Shown here piece by piece: positions 22,247 through 35,299 of a DNA stretch of 64,000 bases. Every line of letters begins with the position of its first letter. Within the stretch, counting starts at the first letter, position 1. The notes beneath the pieces are model-generated. The model saw only the letters and a list, made by a program, of their open reading frames with translations. It did not search any database and had not been told where the DNA came from. This DNA comes from Paraspadella gotoi. Taxonomy: Eukaryota; Animalia; Chaetognatha. The stretch covers positions 8,642,606 to 8,706,605 of the forward strand of contig CM119266.1 of NCBI GenBank assembly GCA_051294375.1. The letters run 5' to 3'. A program made the position numbers and the translations under genes.

Positions 22247-25200
22247 TTAATCTTCGTATTCTTTCATCGTGTTGAGAATCCAGTCATAGAAGAACCCCAC
22301 ATTCATATATACCCCATAGCGGTTTGGCAATGCGCAGCCTCGACCCCAACTTATGACGCCGAGCAGATGCCACCGACCCTCGATGTCAATCATGTAGGGG
22401 CCGCCAGAGTCACCCTGAAACAAAAGTACAACTTAAAAAAACAACTTAAAATTAAGTGAAAAATGTAATTTTATTTACATTGCAGTCATAAATTGCAGTC
22501 CAATAGTTTCAAGTGACAATTGCTCACCTCACCTCACCTCACCTCACCTCATGCACAGTCTGGCTATCAGAAATACCTTACCTGACAAGTATCCCTGCCA
22601 CCGGATCTGAATCCCGCGCAAAACATGTGACCGGCGACGGGGCGAGGAGAGAGAGCGCGACGACAGACTGAGCGAGGAACAAGAGGGAGATGGACTTCCT
22701 GCCAAAAGGGATAACAAAGACAAATAAACTATGTAATAACCAAACCAAAAAACAGAGATTAAAAAACAAGAATCCATAATCTACCCACCTGCAACACGGC
22801 CGTAGACCCACCTCCGGCTCTCAACGACCCCCAGCCGGCGACCCAGCCTGAGAAGTGGCCAAGGTGGTCGAAAACTTTCCTTTGATAAAAGTCTTTAGTC
22901 CCGAGACAAATCGGGCGGATGTGCGAGGCAGAGGCAAAGTCCGCCCTGCGACTTAATTTCATGAGGGCGATGTCGTTACGGTGGTCAGCGCCTTCGTAGT
23001 CGGGGTGGGGGATCACTTCGTCCACTCTGATTGAGAGAGGGGGTATTTAAGGATAATTCAATATGCAAATAATATTAAAGAACTTGAGGAAGAACACTTT
23101 TTAATTAAGAAATATCTACATAATTATACATTTTACAACTGGGTAAACTTTGCTTTTTTTTTTGGTAGTTCTTGTTTAACTCCAATCTGTAATCGAATTA
23201 TTACATCTTGCAAACCTTCCTTTATAAAACATTTTAATTCAATCATCGTTTCTTTGAGATCACTACTCCATCCAACTCCTTTCACTTTTCCAACCTGAAG
23301 AGCTCTTCAAACTCCTCGTCGATTTTGCTGTTGTGTTTTCCGACTTTGACGATCGTTTCCGACTTTAGGTAGACGAGAAGATCGTCGAAGCTGCGGATGT
23401 CCACGTGGTAGAGTTGGTTTTGGATGTAGACGCAGTGGGCGGCCGTCACGATCCAATCCGATGAAACTAGTCGATTAAACAATTAAGTATTATGCTGTCT
23501 TATACGACTTTTTACTTAAAGTTGTTTACCTAAAGCGGCTCCACAGTATCCTTTGATGTGCGCGTTCCACAGTTGCACTTGCCAAGGCCAAGATCCTCTT
23601 TGAGCTTTTGTGCCTCCAATTATTCGTGAGATGAAGCTGTCGGCTAACAAGTTAATGGAAAACAATAAAGAAATGAATTAATCATTTTATACAATATAAA
23701 TAAAAATGAATAAATATTTTAGATGAGAGAATCTTTATTAATTCATAAGCCAATATACTTAATCACCGGCGAACGCCCGCTCTCCGCATTCAGAGGGAAG
23801 CAGATCTCTTGGGTCGAGGGTCGAATTTTCGTTCGTCATTGCAGTCGGTCGACCGAGAAATTCACTGTGGAAAATTTAGATTAAATGGTTTCATTCATTT
23901 TATTTTGAATGGCTAATTCACATCATTAACGCTTGGATATTGAAATTATTCTATTTCAATGTGAATAACAAAGTCCTCGTTGCCAAGGCAACAACCTCTC
24001 GTCTCACACTGAACAATTCTCCTCGTCGCTGGCGTCGCCGCAGTCGTCCCTCCCGTTGCAGACGCCGCTGCCGGGCACGCACTTGGAATTCTTGCAGGCG
24101 AACTGTTTGGGTCCGCACCAGTGGCCCGACGTCGTCGCGCAGCCGGTCTCGTCGGCGCCGGAATCGACGCAGTCAAGGGCGCCGTCGCAGACGAGGGACT
24201 GGTGATGTGGGGATTGAGAGAGAGAAGGGGGGGGGGAATCGGACGGATGGATTCGGAAGATGGGAGGTTAAATTTGGGAGATAAAAATTGAAGATTTTGT
24301 TATTTTTAAAAAATAATTGGATTTTTTGTGAAGCACAATTTCGATCTCACAATTGTTTCAACAACAATTTATTAAAAATGTTTCACAAATGGAATCTTTT
24401 TACTCGGTTGTAATTGTGCCCTGAGGGAGATCATTGATTCAGTGATTGCATTTGATCTCATCAAAACTTAAAAATCGTTCTGTTGACTCCGCGAACAGAA
24501 ACACACTTTTCCCGCAGAGACTGCCATTGTTTGTACCTTACCTTCGGAATGCATGCCAACGTCTTCGAGCATTGAAACTCGTCTTCACTGCAGTGAGCGC
24601 AGCCGACTTCGTCCGATCCGTCACTGCAGTCGTTGTCGCCGTCGCATCTCCACTGAGAGGGGACGCAGTTGCCTTCGGAACAGAAGAAGGCAGAGAAGGA
24701 GCGACAGCGCTTCGTACCTGAACATTTTCGAGATATTTTTTTTAATGAGGCCACATATGATCTCATGTATAATGTCAGAGATATTGTTAAAAATATGCTT
24801 AAGTACATGAGAAATCGTTACTTCAGGAAACACTGTATGTGACTTTAGGCTGAAGCAAATAGTGTCCGAACGCCGAAGTGAGTCACAATAAAGTCTAACA
24901 ATTGCCACACTCACCAACGCCTGTGCAAATGTGCGTCCTCTTGTTAAAGACGTTGCCTTGACAACAGCCCCAATGGGTCGTGTTTTGCTGTGCCGGGAGT
25001 GTCCAGCCCCTGGCGCCGCTGGGGCAGGTCATAGAGACGCAGGACTGCACGGCTTCGTCGCAGTGAGCGGCGCAGCCTTCCTCGTCCTCGCCTGAAGGGC
25101 CAAACGGGTTAGGGAATGGAGAAATAAGGACTATTTTAAGAATTGAAAAATAAAGCCGTTTTAACTTTTATCTAGGAATTTACCGATAGTTATTTTATTC

Positions 25201-26404
25201 TGAACCTTACAATGAATATTGAATAATATTGAAATCAGAACAACAAAAACCTTCGTCGCAGTCTTTCCGTCCGTCGCAGACGCGATTCAAATTGACGCAG
25301 TCGTCGCTGGGGATAAAGATAACGATATTTAAAGCGAAACAAATACATATTCAGTTAAGATTTATATTTAAACATTCAAACTTATTTTATTTGCTTTATG
25401 AATGAACTGACCTGACTGAGCACCAGAACTGATCTGTGCGGCACCAATCGCCTCGAGAACGAACGCAGTTGGTCTCGTCAGTTCCGTCGCCGCAGTCCTG
25501 AGTTATTTAAAAACAAAAGGCTGCCTTTTTTTAGAAAAAACATTTTTATATATATTTTAAACAATAATAGTTGCTTACCTTATTCGAATCGCAGACGAGA
25601 GAGAGCGCGACACATTGATTGGTGGTTCCGCACCGGAAATGATCTTTGTCGCATCTGTTGCAACCAGCCTCGTCCGATCCGTCACTGCAGTCGTTGGCTC
25701 CGTCGCACAACCTATCGATTATCGCATTAATGATTTTTTATATTGGTCGTAACAATTTCATTCAATCATTTATTTTTTAGCCAAAAGACACGAATAAGAC
25801 CATCTCGGCCAAAACCTTAACACGGGAAGGAAAAGCGTAATTCCCCACTCCCCACGTTTGCGTAACTTGACTCTTAGAATTGTGGAACCGTGAACTCGAA
25901 ATGCGACTGCAGCGACACAAGAGCCTCGCCGGCAAGTTTCGGCCAAGAACAGCCTTTGAAACTGCACTGCAGCCGCGCCATGGCTACTCCGAAATCTTCG
26001 GTCATCGGAACTTATCTAGGATAGCCTATTATTACGCTTTCAAAATTGTCATTCAGAATGATGCTTATAAACACAGGGCTAAAAAAACTGCATCACTTCT
26101 CGTTCGGCTCGTTTTCATGGTTTTAAAGGTTTTTTATCATCCGTTAAAAATCCTGGGGTTTTGAAAAAGAACTCAATGAGGTTCTGATATTCATTTTTAT
26201 AATTCAAAAACTTAGGGAGATTTAATATTAACTTATAAACATTTGTGTTGTTGAATATCGATATTAAAAACATATTCCCGAAGGGATCCTTCAAATCCAC
26301 AAAATATGCAACTGATCGGGAAGCATAAACTCGTTTTAAAAACGAACAAAAGACACAAAATTAGTTGAGCATTGTTGCTTTAAAAGAAAGCCGAGAGAAA
26401 CTAA

Positions 26405-26444
<40 letters not shown>

Positions 26445-29400
26445 CGAAATAATAATATTAATAATCTCTCTCTGATAAAATTAGAAATAAGAATAATAAT
26501 AATTATTAATCTATATATATTTTTTTCTTTTTATTAATAAAAATATCACATTTTTACCACCACTTACTATCATCCTCGCACGGTCAAACTCACTTTGACT
26601 TGTCGATGCAGCTCAAGTTGTCGCATTGAAACGAATCCTCTTCGTCCAAACTGCATTTGCGAAGTTTGAACTTTTTGTCGCAAAAAGTTTGGGTCATGTT
26701 GTGGACCTGACCCTTGCAACAGGACATTTGGTTGATGGTGCCGAGTTGTTTCAAGACTCGGAAGGAACTATAGGAAAAGCAATATGTACTGTTTAATGCG
26801 TATATAATATATACTATATATTGTGTAATTTTTCTCTCTTTTCGTTGTTCAATAAGATAGCAGATTCGAAAACGAAAGTTTTAGTATTTTTTACAACGAT
26901 TTTTATTTACAAAATATTGGACATGTTTCGACTCTTGTTTTTCGAGTCAAAATGCTGATGAAGACTCGAAAAACAAGAGTCGAAACATGTCCAATATTTT
27001 GTAAATAAAAATCGTTGTAAAAAATACTAAAACTTTCGTTTTCGAATCTGCTATACTATATATTGTATATACTTTGATTTTTTTTTACCCAAATTCGATA
27101 CAATGCATCTGACGCATAAAAAAAGTCTTGCCATTGAAGAATCAACAGTGTTAACAATTTAACCCGAAATTGCAACGTAGTGACAATCCAATAAAATTAT
27201 AACGCATTAAAAATAATAAAAATATTCTAAACTATGACTGTATCACTGACCGGCCATTGGGACACATGACTCGAGCGCAAAGACTCGGTTCTTCCGCACA
27301 AACTTCGCAACTCGGATTCGCGTCGCATCTTCGTCTCTGACTCATTCGACCTTTACACTCCGCGCCTCCGTCGCTAGGGGGCCGCGAGTTGCAGAGGCGG
27401 CGGCGGTGGCGGTGACCGCCCTCGCCGCAGGTCGCTGAGTATAGTGGAGGGTGGTGATTAGAAAGAAAAGTTAAAGGGAATGATTGATGTTCTATGTGTT
27501 CAAAGTAATTATTTCGTTACGAACTGTGTTTCATTTTATCTTTACATATGATGCTCCAATTGATCCAATTCCCTGAATATTTATTACGCAAGCTTACACT
27601 TTTTTGCTCCATTGACCTAAAAATTTGAAAATTTGCCTCCTTTCTCAAACCATAAGGTCTGCTCCACAAACTGGAAAATTTTAGGCTCTTTGCTCCACTG
27701 ACCTGAACATTCGCTCCATTCGCTCCACTGACCCCATTGCCCGTCGACGCCCGAAGAAAATCCCCAAAATCTTTGGAAGAGATTTTCGAGGGAAATTGAA
27801 AGCGGCTCCTCTGAACCAGGGGTTGCTGTAGGAAATTGAATTGAAATGAATTGAAATTGAATTGATTTTCGAGGGAAATTGAAAGCGGCTCCTCTGAACC
27901 AGGGGTTGCTGTGGGAAATTGAATTGAAATGAATTGAAATTGAATTGATTTTTGACGGAAATTGAAAGCGGCTCCTCTGAACCAGGGGTTGCTGTGGGAA
28001 ATTGAATTGAAATGAATTGAAATTGAATTGATTTTCGAGGGAAATTGAAAGCGGCTCCTCTGAACCAGGGGTTGCTGTGGAAAATTGAATTGAAATGAAT
28101 TGAAATTGAATTGATTTTCGAAGGAAATTGAAAGCGGCTCCTCTGAACCAGGGGTTGCTGTGGGAAATTGAATTAAAATGAATTGAAATTGAATTGATTT
28201 TCGAGGGAAATTGAAAGCGGCTCCTCTGAAGCAGGGGTTGCTGTGGGAAATTGAATTGAAATGAATGGAAATTGAATTGATTTTCGAGGGAAATTGAAAG
28301 CGGCTCCTCTGAACCAGGGGTTGCTGTGGGAAATTGAATTGAAATGAATTGAAATTGAATTGATTTTCGAGGGAAATTGAAAGCGGCTCCTCTGAACCAG
28401 GGGTTGCTGTGGGAAATTGAATTGAAATGAATTGAAATTGAATTGATTTTCGAGGGAAATTGAAAGCGGCTCCTCTGAACCAGGGGTTGCTGTGGGAGAT
28501 GAAATCAAGTTTGAATAATTAAAGAATTATACATGAGTGAAATTCATTAAATTCTGTGTCCATTGTCTAAAATTATTAGTGCCATTGTTCTAATATATTC
28601 AATTACGAGGTATCTTTTTCTATTTCTACTTATTGGTTTCCTTTTTTCAACTACTTGTAAAATGATTACAATTGACATTGTCCTTTATTAATTTGACGTT
28701 ACTCCTCCGAATTGGCTTACCCGCCTCGTCTCCCACAGGCATCGTGTAGAGAGTCCGGCCTCCGTCCGTGAGTCCCTCCGTCCGACCATCAGTACTGGCT
28801 GCGGAATGGGGATAGAGTTCGGACGTAGTCGGCGTATGTTCGGACGTAAGGCGCGCATGGTCGGAGAGGGGATAAGAATGTGCTGACAGGGGAAGAGCGT
28901 GAGCGGACAGGGGAAGAAAGTCTTCAGAAGAAGTTGGAAGTGAGTTTCCGGACAAAGGAAAAGAGTTTTCGGGCAGAGAAAGTTGAGATTCGGACGAGGG
29001 AGGCTGAGGTTGATGATTAGATCGTGAGGGACTCGACACAGGACGCCAGTGACCGGACGAAGGACGCGACGGCCCGAACGAAGGGCGAGAGTGACCGGAC
29101 GAAGGACGCGGGGGTCCGGACGAAGGGATAGGAATTCTGGCGCCGGCGAAACGAAGAGGAGGAACGAAGCGGCGACCGGAGGTGTTAGGAGAAGAATGAG
29201 TTGTTGTTGTTGTCGTCGTCATCGAGGGTGCGTCGGGAGAATAACTGAGAAAGCGGATGTATGAGGATTGAGGACGAGTTCGAGTCGTAATTGTCAATTC
29301 GCTCTCTNNNNNNNNNNCTCTCGCCATGACTAACGAAGATGCATTGACTCCACCCAAAGCGTTAAAATTAGTGGCCGTCACGGAATAATCAAGTCAAACT

Positions 29401-30063
29401 AACATTTTAGAACATTTTTTTCTTCTTAGAAATGAAGGAAATATTAAAAAAAATATCATTTATTGATATTGATTTAACATTCATTTAAAAGATTGTTTTT
29501 TATCATACAATTTTTTTCGCTTTATTGTTACTTAATATTAGTTTTTGGTTTCGAACCGACGAAATATTTACATTATAAGTCAGCCTATCTACTCTTCAGC
29601 GTAAAGGCCATTAAAATTTATTAAACTTGGCTTCATTGAAGGCGAATCCCGAGTTAAGATTAACGAACCAAAACAGAATGATGATCTTTTTCTTTGAAGT
29701 TAATAGGGATCGACTTTAATGAATGATATCATACTCTCGGAGAATTAATGAATTAATGATTGATTAAAGAAATAAATAATAACCTTACAAATGATTAGAT
29801 GTCCGACGGACATTGTCTGTACTAGTGAAAGACCACAGCGATGAATGATCTCAGTTGTGAACAAGTGAATGACCTCATGAATGACCTCAGCTATGAATTC
29901 CTTCCGCAGTGAATGAACTCGACAGTGAATAACCTCCGTGAGTGAGTTTTACAATCTTTCGTTTTCTTAGAAAAATAAACTTTGATCGTCGAAAAAATTT
30001 TTTGAGAAGATAAATTATAAATAAACTTTTCTTTAAACAAAACAAGTAGCGATTGGCGCACGT

Positions 30064-30107
<44 letters not shown>

Positions 30108-33100
30108 TTTGAAGTTTTTGTTTTATTTTTCGAGAGCGAAAATATTTATGATTTCCCGTCACTCTCTCTCCCACCTCGCCCTGGGTTTCTCCTTCTCTTT
30201 TTTATGCCTTTGTCTCTTCCTCTCTTCCCCGCCTTCCCCCTTCGATCCTCGCCCTCTTTTCTTTTCTTCTCCCTCTTTCCCACTATCTCGACTTCTTCCC
30301 ACTTTATTTCCTCTTTTTCTACTCCTTCTCTATCCCTCCCTCCCTCTCTCTCCTCGCCCTATCTTCCCCCTCCTCTTCCTACTTCCCATCAAAGGCTACA
30401 AGGTCGTCGAAAGACTTTTTGACTCCCGAATTCGGAATTCGAGCCGAAAAAATCGAATCGGAACGAAAAGACAATTCGATGCATCATTTTCATGAAGAGC
30501 ATCTGTTGCATACGCGGCATTTAGCCAATTAATCGCGTATATTCATTTAATTTCTTGAATCTGTTTCTTCCTCTCAGATACTGATATTTCATTTCATTTC
30601 AATTCATTAAATTTTCTAATTTTAGTGGCTCTCTATCACAGTTTTAGATATTCTTTTCCTCTGCAATTTTTTAAACAAATATTTAGCATCAAACTTTTTT
30701 TTTATCAAATGCTTTCAAAAGTCTATCTAATTCTTCTGTCACTTTTTGACACAATTTAAAAAATCTTAATAATATTTAAAATAATTTAAAATTTTGAGAG
30801 AAATGCATTTGATTAGAGCCGAACCTCCAGGCGTCAACACTTAATCCATATTTTGTTCAGAATTCTCTTGAATCAACTCTTCTTTCTCTGTTTCTCTTCC
30901 TCCTCCTTTGTATAATTTGGAGTACAGTAAAAACATTGATAAATCGTCCTGTTGAGAAAATTTTTTATTTGGAAACATTTAAAATTAGTTCTTAAGTTTG
31001 TTGAGCTACGTTTGAAATAATTTGTATATTGTGAGGCTAATAAAAAAAATTTGTAGTACAGTACAAAAATGTTTCCGACATGACATAAATCAAATAGAAT
31101 ATTAATTGTCCTTTACAGAACGGGTGACGGAATTTCTTTTAAGACATCCAGGTGTTTAATGATTCCAGTAAGTTTTTGAATCACTTATTCAAGAAACTGG
31201 GTGGTTTTTTTACTCCTTTTTTGGGACCATCCCTCACTCAACAGATTTTCTTAGGACCACCCCTTAAATTAAGGCTTAAGAAGTTATTCCCTTACTCAAA
31301 TTGGGTCTCAATTGACTTTTCCCACAGATATTCTCTTCCAGAGTCAAAGTTTGATAATAGGCGCAAAAAATCTTTGCGGTTTTTTTCTTCAAAACATCGA
31401 TTTTCAGTTTTTGTTTACAAAATGAGTTCAACGATGAAAGAGACGAAATGTTTTGCCCTCGAGGGAGAGTAATCACTAATAAGTGATAGAAATGATGAGA
31501 TATCCCTTGTGATAATAAAAATAAGGAATTTGTGATAAAAATTACCATTAATATAATGAAAAAAAGTCACTTGTGTCTAAAATGAATAATATCATTATTG
31601 AGCGATGAATTTGGATAAAGAATTATTAATTCATCATAAAATATTAAAAGAAACAAACTCTGATAAAAATGACATGAGACGATGCTCAATCACTTCTCCA
31701 TCCCATTGCCCCCTCTATCCATCACTCCATCGCCACTTACCTTGACGGGTCAGTCCAAGGCTCGACCCTGACTGAATCGATGTCTAAAGAAAGAGGATTA
31801 TTCGTTCTCGTTTCCACCTCGTTGTTGTTGTCGCCGTTGTCGCGGCCCCACATGTCGCTCGTCAACCAAGAAAGCCAAAAGTCGTGAGAAGCGACTTCAG
31901 CGTCGTTGAAGAAAGCAATGAGGTCATCGTCACTTCGTTCGAGTGTTCACTGTTGTCGTTCACCGCCCAGCGTTCCCCTGTTTGTTGTTCTTTCATTCTT
32001 TGTTTCACTATTCGTCGTTATTCATTTGATGTTTAACCATTCGTTTTTTCCGCTGTTCATTGTTCCGCTGTTAACAGCTGACTGTTCTCCGTAACACTAT
32101 TTATGTTTCACTGTTGGTCATCTCTTCATTAGTTCCATTGTTAATTGTTCTTTTGTTCATTGTTCTACTATTTGTAGTTACTTCATTCAATGATCCACCA
32201 TCATTTGTCCTTCCGCTGATTGTCATCATATTTGTTGGTCTATGGTTCGTCATTTCTTTGTTTGTCATTTCACTATTCATTGTTTCTTTCATATAATGTT
32301 CCACTGTGTATTGTTACTTCGTTGACGTTCCACCACGTTTGTCCCATTGATCAACGACCCACTGTTTGTAGGTCTACTGAGGTCGTTTCTTGGTAGTCGT
32401 CCCATTGTTCGTTGTTGTTTCATTCACCGTTTCACATTTGTTGTTAATTCGATTGTCGTTTCAGTGCCCTCCATTTCACCGTTCGTCGTGAATTCTTTCG
32501 TCTTTCTATCCCTCGTCTTTTCATCCTCTGTTGTACGTTTGTTCGATTCAGTCGCGTTCGTCAATATCGTCGTCGCCGACGCCGTTGACGAAGATGCTGC
32601 AGACGGTGACGATGATAACGACGACGTCGATGCGGACGACGACAACGACCCAGAGTCTGTTGTGGTTTGCATCGCTGAGGAATCCGACAACGAAGCCAAC
32701 TCACTCGTTAAACTTGACACTAAGATTTCCGACCTGTCGACGATGTCTCCGACATTGCCGACACCGTTTCCCGCTTTGCCGATGCTTCGCGTCGATTCTG
32801 CTCCTCAACGATGACGAAGAATCCGATGCTGTCTGCAGAATTGTAGCAAGTGCAGGCGATGACCTTGATGCCGATGCTCTCAATGCAGCAGCTTCAGGAA
32901 ATGCCGATGATTTCGACGCCGTTGCTACAGACGCGATTGATTCACCCATGATTCCAGAGGATGTTGAGGTCCAGATGTCACCGCCGCTGCTGCCGCAGCC
33001 ACTGCCGACGCCGCTGCAGTTCCTGGTTCCGCTGATCCCCGCGTGGCCGGGTCTCTCGACCTCGTAGCCGCCGACGCTTCCAGGTTGCCGACACAGCCGA

Positions 33101-34219
33101 TGCTTTCCAAGTTGCCACTCTGCCGGAGTTCGGCGCCATGCCGAAGGACGCCGGCGTTCCTGGATCGATCCCGCGTCGATCGACGTCGAATCTAGGCGAC
33201 GGGTGCCGCTGGGGAAACAGAAAAAAATAGCAGAACAGTTTTAAAAAGGAAACAACTAAAAATTTAAAAATACCCCGTTTTTTTTATCAAGATAATCTTT
33301 AAAACAAACACGTCAAACAGTCAACAAATGAACAATACAAGAACATAGAAAATTAAAAATATAAAAATTATACGTTCATTCAATAAAAAGCATATTTGAC
33401 CCCGACTATGAAAGGCTATAGTGGGTTAAGGACTCTCTTTTACAAGATAAATAATAAATAACAAGCAGGACCAGAGCAATCATTCAATCAAATAAATTCA
33501 GTATATTATTCAATTTTTCTACTTTCCTCCTTAAGAAATTGTATATCTTAGAAGCTCCAGTATAACCCCGTATTCCACTTCGCAAGATACACCCTGTATC
33601 CCCTTCTTTTCCCTAACTCACCCTGGAACTGCGAATCGTCGTAAAAGATTCTCCCTTCGGTTTCCAAGGCGACGGGGGAAAGGTGAAGACGAAGGTGAGA
33701 GGAGGATGGGAGAGGGAGAAGGAGGAAGAGGAAGAGGAGAAGAGAGCGAGGAAAGTTGGGGAGAAGGGAGGGGAGAAGAGGGAAGGAGGAGGGTCGGACT
33801 GACGGGCTGGCTGAAGAGTCGTTCGATGTCTTGCCCGACGGAGCGAACGAAAATGGACGCCCTGAATACACGGCGTCCTCGTGGCGATTGTCGTTGTTGT
33901 CGCAGCTCGACTTTGTGAGAGTCACGGCTCCGAAGGAACGCTCGTCCGCGTCTATGGACGGCCGGTGACCTCTCTCTTCATTCAAGCGCTTCCTTTGGTC
34001 CGTCAAGCGTTCACTACTCTCTTCAGTCAGGCGCTTCCTTTGTTCAGTCAAGCGACGTTCCTTTTCTTGTTCTCTCGATCGCTCGTCGCGTCTTTTCTCT
34101 CTTTCGTTTCCGCCGGAAATTTTTTTCTTTTTCTTCCGAAATTTCGAGTCTTTTATCACAGATTTGGTTGTCGTTGTCGTCTTTGTCGGTCTGATCGCCC
34201 GACGCGATTTTACCGACAT
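22247..34219 (-). CDS. Modular trypsin-like serine protease: S/T-rich mucin-like region, TSP1, 2x(Cys-rich module + 3 LDLa), S1 protease domain
   Basis: Protease exons 23530-23643 (R/IIGG, WPWQV), 23295-23466 (TAAHC), 22789-23026 (NDIALMKL), 22582-22698 and 22247-22414 (DTCQGDSGGP, SWGRGCA). LDLa exons lie between 24008 and 26767; TSP1 exons are 27703-27825 and 27251-27434 ([19 protein letters not shown]). The 5' part (28720-34219) is less certain, with frameshifts and a gap. Confidence 0.8.
26825..27054 (-). mobile_element. Palindromic hammerhead-bearing Penelope-like element (copy 4) in a protease intron
   Basis: Perfect 92-bp inverted repeat 26857-26948/26963-27054. Plus strand reads CTGATGA(26955)-A-GACTC(gaaaaacaa)GAGTC-GAAA-CATGTC(26991). 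Tail GAACAACGAAAAGAGAGAAAAATTACACAA on the minus strand. Direct repeat TATACTATATATTGT at 26810-26824 and 27052-27066. Confidence 0.85.
27781..28497. repeat. 83-bp minisatellite, 8 full copies plus 1 partial, spanning an intron/exon junction
   Basis: Units start at 27781, 27864, 27947, 28030, 28113, 28196, 28279, 28362 and 28445 and are near-identical. Confidence 0.95.
30064..30107. repeat. (GTC)n microsatellite
   Basis: Direct inspection. Similar tracts occur near 21504, 35500, 39590, 44430 and 47445. Confidence 0.9.
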
Positions 34220-35222
34220 TTTATATCTCTAGAAGGGTGAGTTTCTGATTAAGCGAGATTATGTTCGATTAAGAAAGGCTCGAATTTTTATCGAAGCAAC
34301 CGAAACTTTATTAACGGTGTTGAATTAGGAGAAATATTACCTATAAATTTAAATCGTTTTATAGTTACAAGAATACACTTTTATAGACGGGGTTTTATTG
34401 TAAATCGCGAAAAATCTTTTTGTTTTAGCTCGGTAAAATTTGTTTTCACAGAAAACAACGGAAGCTTAAAATTTTCGGATTTTTTTTTCTTTTCCCCCAA
34501 AATATCGGCGAAAGGAAATCTAGGCGTCAATTTTAATTAACGAAGTTTTTTTTCCGCGAATAACGAGACGATAGTTTCATCCCGAAATAAAGTAATTTGA
34601 CTCGAAATAACAAGGTTTTAGTGTTTTTTTTCTTTTTGGCGCAAAAGATGAAGAAAATCAAAAGGATTGTTTTTTCTTCATAATTTTTTTGTTTTTGCGA
34701 AAAAATTTTATCATCATTTTATCGGTTAAATGTCCTTTGCGGCGATTTTTGTTTACGTAACACGGATTTTAAGATTTAAACATTAAATTGGAAACTGTAG
34801 TAAGGTTCAACTTTGTGGTGAGAAGGAAGGGAGAAGCGATTTTGATTCATGGATGAGTCAATTTTGCACTGAGAAACTTGCACACTTTTAAGGATCACAG
34901 TTGAATTGTGTCGTTTTGCTATTCGACAAGCAAAATTTTCTATTGCATGAAAGCTTAAATTATTTATAATAATTTCGAGAAAGAAATTATTTAAAACGGA
35001 GTTTCAAAAAAACATCAAGTACATTGATGAAGAGAGTTAAAAAAAAAATTGACCAAGTCCATTGTTAAAAAAAAAATCAAAATAAAAAAAAATTAACATC
35101 ATTGATACATTGATAAAAATAAAACTGGTACAACGACGAAAGAAAAACCCATTGATTCGCGAGAGAAAGAAAATTAAGGCGGAAAACAAAGTGTGAGTTC
35201 AACATCTGATCGGAGAAAAATC

Positions 35223-35224
<2 letters not shown>

Positions 35225-35294
<70 letters not shown>
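35225..35294. repeat. (AG)n microsatellite
   Basis: Direct inspection. Similar AG/CT tracts occur near 26407, 38073, 38175, 38376, 44488, 45064 and 46902. Confidence 0.95.

Positions 35295-35299
<5 letters not shown>

Noticed and set aside
27781-28497. Regular repeat array as a CRISPR array
   Set aside because: The units are contiguous and near-identical with no unique spacers, the context is a eukaryotic intron/exon, and no cas genes are present.
29545-29600. Minus-strand CTGAAGA...CGAAA as another hammerhead
   Set aside because: Stem II is not adjacent to the core, and there is no helix III/NUH site, palindrome or TSD.
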